Source of the DNA: Octopus sinensis
Taxonomy: Eukaryota
Direction of reading: 5' to 3'
Assembly (NCBI RefSeq): GCF_006345805.1
Contig: NC_043008.1
Span: forward strand, 79,484,001-79,548,000
Length of the DNA: 64,000 nucleotides
How positions within the stretch are numbered: position 1 is the stretch's first letter; each line of letters starts with the position of its first letter. This document shows positions 62,836 to 64,000 of the stretch, piece after piece. A model generated the notes under the pieces. It was not told the DNA's origin. It saw nothing but the letters and a program-made list of their open reading frames with translations, and did no database searches. A program made the translations under genes and the position numbers.

Positions 62836-64000
62836 TCTATCTCCGACGTTTTGGTGGCGAGGTTAGCCCTCGACCAACACTTCAACGCCAAACATGAAGG
62901 GCGTGTTGTCAGAGCTAGGATGCGTGCTCTAAGGAATGAAGGTGTTGGAGCCACAAGAGAGGCCCGGGTGGCAGAGGCACAACAGGGTTTGGATGGTCTA
63001 CCCTACGAGCTTTACAGTTGTATGCCAGACTTGTTTGGAGACGTCTTGGCAGCGGTGTACTGCAACTGGCAGCAAAACAGGAGCATTCCTGGTTTTGTGA
63101 GCCGAGGAGCCGTAACACTACCGAAGAAAGATCTAAACAAGGGAGATGTAATAAATAACTTTAGGCCCATCACTCTGCTTAATGCAGACTTGAAAATTTT
63201 GGCCAAGGTGTTAGCCAAGAGGTTGGCGCTTATCATCGAGAAACTGGTCAAAAAGGCGCAAACGTGCGCCGTGCCAGCCCAGAGCATCCATGACAACCTC
63301 CACCTGATGCGCTACATCATAGACAGGGTAGTTAAGGAACCTGGCATGGGTGGGGCGCTAATCAATTTGGATCAATTGAAAGCTTTCGATAGGGTAGACC
63401 ATCGATACTTGGAGGCTGTCCTCAGAGCACTGGTTTCGGTCCCGTCTTCTGCGGCTGGATAGCCGCTTTGTACAGAGGCATCCGTTCGGTAATTCACATA
63501 AATGGACATCTATCGAGACCTTTCGACATTGTACGTTCTTGTCGCTGCTCTACGTAATGACTCTCGAGCCATTATTGCGGAAGCTGGCAACTCTGAGGGG
63601 CATCTCACGAGAATTGGGATGCGAGATGAGCATGTCTGCATACGCGGACGACGTCACCGTCATAGTGTCTAGCCACGAGCACATCGAGCTGGTCGGCGAG
63701 ACACTGAAAGACTACGAAGCGGTGACAGGAGCGAAAATCAACGGGGAAAAATCAGTGGGCTTGTGACTCGGCACCTGGAGAAGCAAGCCCATGCCGTCCA
63801 CCAGTGCCTCCGTCGTGGGGCGCTGGACCGACGGTCCGGTCGAGTTGCTCGGGGTCTGGTTTGGTCCCGACCTCCAACTGGAGAAAAACTGGAACGAGAT
63901 AACGAGTTGGGTGGTCACTCTCGCCTGGCAATGGGCCGAGAGGAAGCTGTCCCTAAAAGGTCGGGCGGAGGTGGCTAACTCGTACATCGCGTCTGTCATC
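62836..64000 (+). mobile_element. Tx1/L1-clade LINE copy E3, 5'-truncated RT region, runs off the window end
   Basis: AKHEGRVVRA, LDGLPYELY, NFRPITLLN, DQLKAFDRVDH, AYADD. About 260 bp present in E2 is absent before LDGLP. Confidence 0.9.

Overview
Eukaryotic, AT-rich, microsatellite-dense window made almost entirely of transposable elements. No host protein-coding gene is convincingly identifiable. The SINE and repeat landscape resembles what I recall from octopus (cephalopod) genomes; this is an inference, not checked by a search. Contents: three Tx1/L1-clade LINEs (1-2685 minus, about 7820-12120 plus, 62836-64000 plus); a HERO-type restriction-like-endonuclease (RLE) LINE; R4/Dong-type RLE LINE pieces, one sitting in (TAA)n; a Helitron helicase split by a young Ty3/Gypsy LTR element (4-bp TSD, tRNA-Trp PBS, GGGAAAC slippery site, internal 1.55-kb inversion); several RTE-clade LINE ends, including a 5'-inverted insertion with TSD and a sister empty site; two mariners; tRNA-derived SINEs; and a Penelope-like (PLE) cluster at 31-44 kb. 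Read by eye, that cluster holds seven type I hammerhead ribozyme motifs with a canonical core in three unrelated families, plus two variant candidates. The top leads are (1) a non-coding 489-bp tandem/inverted repeat with one hammerhead per unit, a retrozyme/circRNA candidate, and (2) an in-frame TAG at the same codon near the start of ORF2 in two diverged Tx1-like LINEs, a candidate stop-readthrough or A-to-I editing gate. All alignments, folds and family calls were made by eye without tools.
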